DNA from: Podarcis pityusensis | Lineage: Eukaryota | Assembly: GCA_964106645.2 (NCBI GenBank) | Contig: OZ067041.1 | DNA: 64,000 bases | Direction: 5' to 3' (one strand) | Shown: in pieces, positions 60,937 to 64,000 of the stretch | Layout of the letters: every line of letters starts with the position of its first letter | How positions within the stretch are numbered: position 1 is the stretch's first letter | Program-made: the position numbers and the translations under genes | The notes under the pieces: generated by a model | Told to the model about the DNA's origin: nothing | The model's database searches: none | Seen by the model: the letters and a program-made list of their open reading frames with translations, nothing else

Positions 60937-63900
60937 TGCAGTCTTCAGTAAACTGATCTTAAAACAAACAAACAAAAAAAGGTAGAGTATTACATTTATG
61001 TTCACTCTGTGCAGTCTCCAGTAAACAGCGGGATTTGTTTACTTGGGTATAGCTGAATACCAGAATGTTCAGTCACCAAAACGTTCCTACACCAAGAGAT
61101 ACAAATGCCGATTTCTCTACTAGTTGACTGCAGGCAAAAATGATGTACTCTGTACAAGATGATTATATCATGCTGTGACATTTGTGAACAACAGCAAAAT
61201 TATTATGGGAAGGTTGTTTTAAAGAAAATGGGCTGTATGCATCTAAATAGTTACACTAGCGCACTGACTTTTAGCTACACAACAGAACTTCCCACAGTCT
61301 CCTCTCCCTGTGCTCCTCCTAAATCTGTTTCAGGTTTTCCAACGCTCCGGAGCAGAATTATAGGGTGAACAGGAAGAGGAGAGGGCAGAGAAATTACATT
61401 GCACAGCCAGAAGTCTTGCACTAAAGGGCCTATTTAGTTGGATACTGCCCTATGTTTATGTTAGAGACAGACATGTGTAAGTCACATGTTGGCCCCTGGC
61501 ACTGATGACTGGCCCAAGGTTCTTGTTAAAATAGAGTTTTCATGATTTTTTTAAATAGGCTTGGGAGATGTAGCATATAAATTAAAAGCATATAAATTAT
61601 AATTTTTTGGAACAAACATTACTGCAATGTACAGTAATTTGCAGCTATCTTGTCCATGAATATGATGCATACTTCCATTATTTGTAGCTAAATTTATGAA
61701 CATCAGCTGCAATTCCCAGTGAAAAACGTACTTCCATGGTGTTATCACTGCTCTATCAGGTGCTCCAGTTCCACACACGGCTCAGGTTTGTTACGGAGAG
61801 GCTAACTTTCACAGAATTATAACTGGGAACCTAAACTAACTGAAGAAGCTTAAATCCAACTCCTGCTTCCATCTGCAGTTGAGAAAGAAAAGGGCACGTC
61901 ACAGTACTTTAAAACATTTGAATGAAATGGCTTGCATAGCATTTTACTTCCACCAGCATGACACTTTTAGATATCTCTAACACTTATGGTCGCAGTTCAC
62001 TTTTATTTTATTTTTTACATTGCTGGCCTTATGGTTGTTGCATTGATTTGTATATTTGAATATACCAACTTAAGAATCTTCCCAGCTGAAATGTGGAATA
62101 CCAACAATAACCACCTTCATGGCAAACATGTGCGCTTCAACCAGATCTTATTATTTTTATGATAAATGGTTTGTACATAATACAAGTAGTGCTTGATTTT
62201 TATACAGGTAAATGTTTGTGAGATATATTAAGGTAATATTAACAGTGAAGTATAAAGCCTCACTGCTTGTTCCAGTGCAAAACTGAGTGGAAAAAGATTT
62301 ATTCAGATAAAACTAAATAGATTTAGTTTCAAAATATTACTTCGATATATGTTTTTATATATTTGTAGATTGCCCTGATAATTGAACTTCTTGTTTCCAA
62401 AACACCTCAGAACACTGGAATATTTTTGGTGCTTTTCTTTGTGGTTTATTCTTGCATTCACTACCTCTCCCCATTTTTATTTTTATTTTGGTTTTAAGTC
62501 TTAAGGGAAGGAAATGCAGAAATGCCTTAAAGCATGGTGACAGTGGGCAGAATCAAAGCATAACATCCAGTCCATTTCAGATGGATTAGAATTCAACTCA
62601 CAGCACCATAAAGTAGGCAGACATTTTCAGTATTTAGGGACATTCCTACAGTGCTCTGAAAACCCAACATGATTTTTGCTGTGATTTCAGAAAAGCAGTA
62701 CTGCTGCTAAGCAGAAACACATTTCTCCAGTATGAACAATTACTAAATGAATATTGCAAAATTCCCAATTATGATCAATTATACAACTTGCACTTTGGAT
62801 TTATGTTATCACAGTCAGTACAATTTGATGCAGGTATACGCAGAAGGAAATCCTAGTTACTCAGCTGCAATCCTACATACACTTACCTGGAAATAAGCTC
62901 CAATGGATGCAATAGGTCTTACTTTACTGAGTAAAGAAGGATTGATCTGAAAGTAAAAATTGTCCTCCCGTTATCTATGGAAAAGTAAGGTAAGCTACCT
63001 TAGAGTAGTCTCCCAATCTTGGTTCTCTTGCTATCCCCCGCCCCATCCCCACAACCAGAAAATGTTTAATAAGATTAAATGTTAAATGAGCCAGAAAAGG
63101 GGGGTGGAATTGTCAAAAATTTTATATTTATTTTTAAAAATCACTCATTTTCTTGAACTGAGGAAGCAATATATTATTTTGAGCAGATGGGATGAACTGA
63201 TATTGCTCATTGGTAACAAACTAACAAGCAAAATGAACTGACAAATCACAAGCTTATCAGGCAAAGAAGCTGTATCCCTCTTTGAATGGGAAAGGGTGAC
63301 ACCTGGTGGTTGAATTCTATCAAGTTCCCTATTATAAGAAGAGGCCATTGTCAAGTCCGGCAGTGGTAGCTGGGGAAATTCTACTTGCTACACAGAAGTA
63401 GCAAATTGGAATATTCAGTTGTTGTTTTGATAATGATTTTTCTTAGAAGAATAAAAGTGGATTCAAGCTGAAATGGGATGTCTGTTCCAACCTCTGCTCA
63501 ACGGCACTACTTACTTACTCTGTCTTTGAAAGAAACCACTTACTAATAAATCTTTCCAAAACTTATGCAGACGATCTATTTTAACAAACTCCAAATGCAC
63601 TTTTTACAGTCACTTGCATTTAGCTAATGGGGAGGGGGAGGCTTCCCTATCTCAGGTTCTCAAATCTAGGATTATCTTATGTATATAAGGACATCATGAG
63701 ATTCACAAGGCAACTACAAATTTAAGATATACTCTAGGATCTACTCCTGCCCCAAACTTACATTTGTAGATACCTAATTCACTCCTTCTCACATCCTAAA
63801 CAATTTCATAAAGGTGTCTCTCACCATCCTATTGCCAAATTACTGATTAATTAATTAATTTCTATCCCAGCTTTTCTCCGGAAGGAGCCCAGGTGGCAAA

Positions 63901-64000
63901 CACATCCACAATTCAAAAACAACACTATCAAAATATTCCAAAAACTATTACAACTGAAAACATCTAAAAGCAAATTTCAATTAAAAACAGTATTTCATCC

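Noticed and set aside
60937-61005. N-terminal extension of CGGBP1 in the ORF track
   Set aside because: It crosses the splice acceptor at 60958; the true start is the conserved MERF ATG at 60936.

Overview
Vertebrate genomic DNA from a squamate reptile, probably a lacertid lizard (inferred from Sauria-type SINEs with (ACCTTT)n tails and tRNA/CORE-type SINEs with (CTT)n tails). The window holds an immune-checkpoint gene cluster. (1) The 3' part of a CD200-like paralog on + (IgV 660-995, IgC 1333-1650, TM 3099-3250; leader exons lie upstream of the window). (2) A complete CD200/OX-2 ortholog on +: join(12586..12597,18694..18775,19761..20087,21947..22210,23036..23130), 259 aa. (3) A complete BTLA on -: complement(join(41808..42125,43625..43671,44282..44443,49144..49437,53008..53077)), 296 aa with YxN, ITIM and ITSM motifs. 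(4) The single coding exon of CGGBP1 on - (60439..60936, 165 aa). Introns and intergenic DNA are rich in SINEs, L1/L2/CR1/RTE fragments, and hAT and Tc1/mariner-type MITEs. Most notable oddities: a perfect 91-bp inverted repeat with a TSD in CD200 intron 1 that carries a Penelope-type minimal hammerhead ribozyme on each strand; a stop codon 7 nt before the conserved CD200 tail splice donor; complementary conservation of the two CD200 IgV domains; a BTLA TM-exon acceptor with a microsatellite in place of a pyrimidine tract; and BTLA lying next to CGGBP1. Gene identities rest on my recollection of the human proteins and exon sizes, not on a database search.
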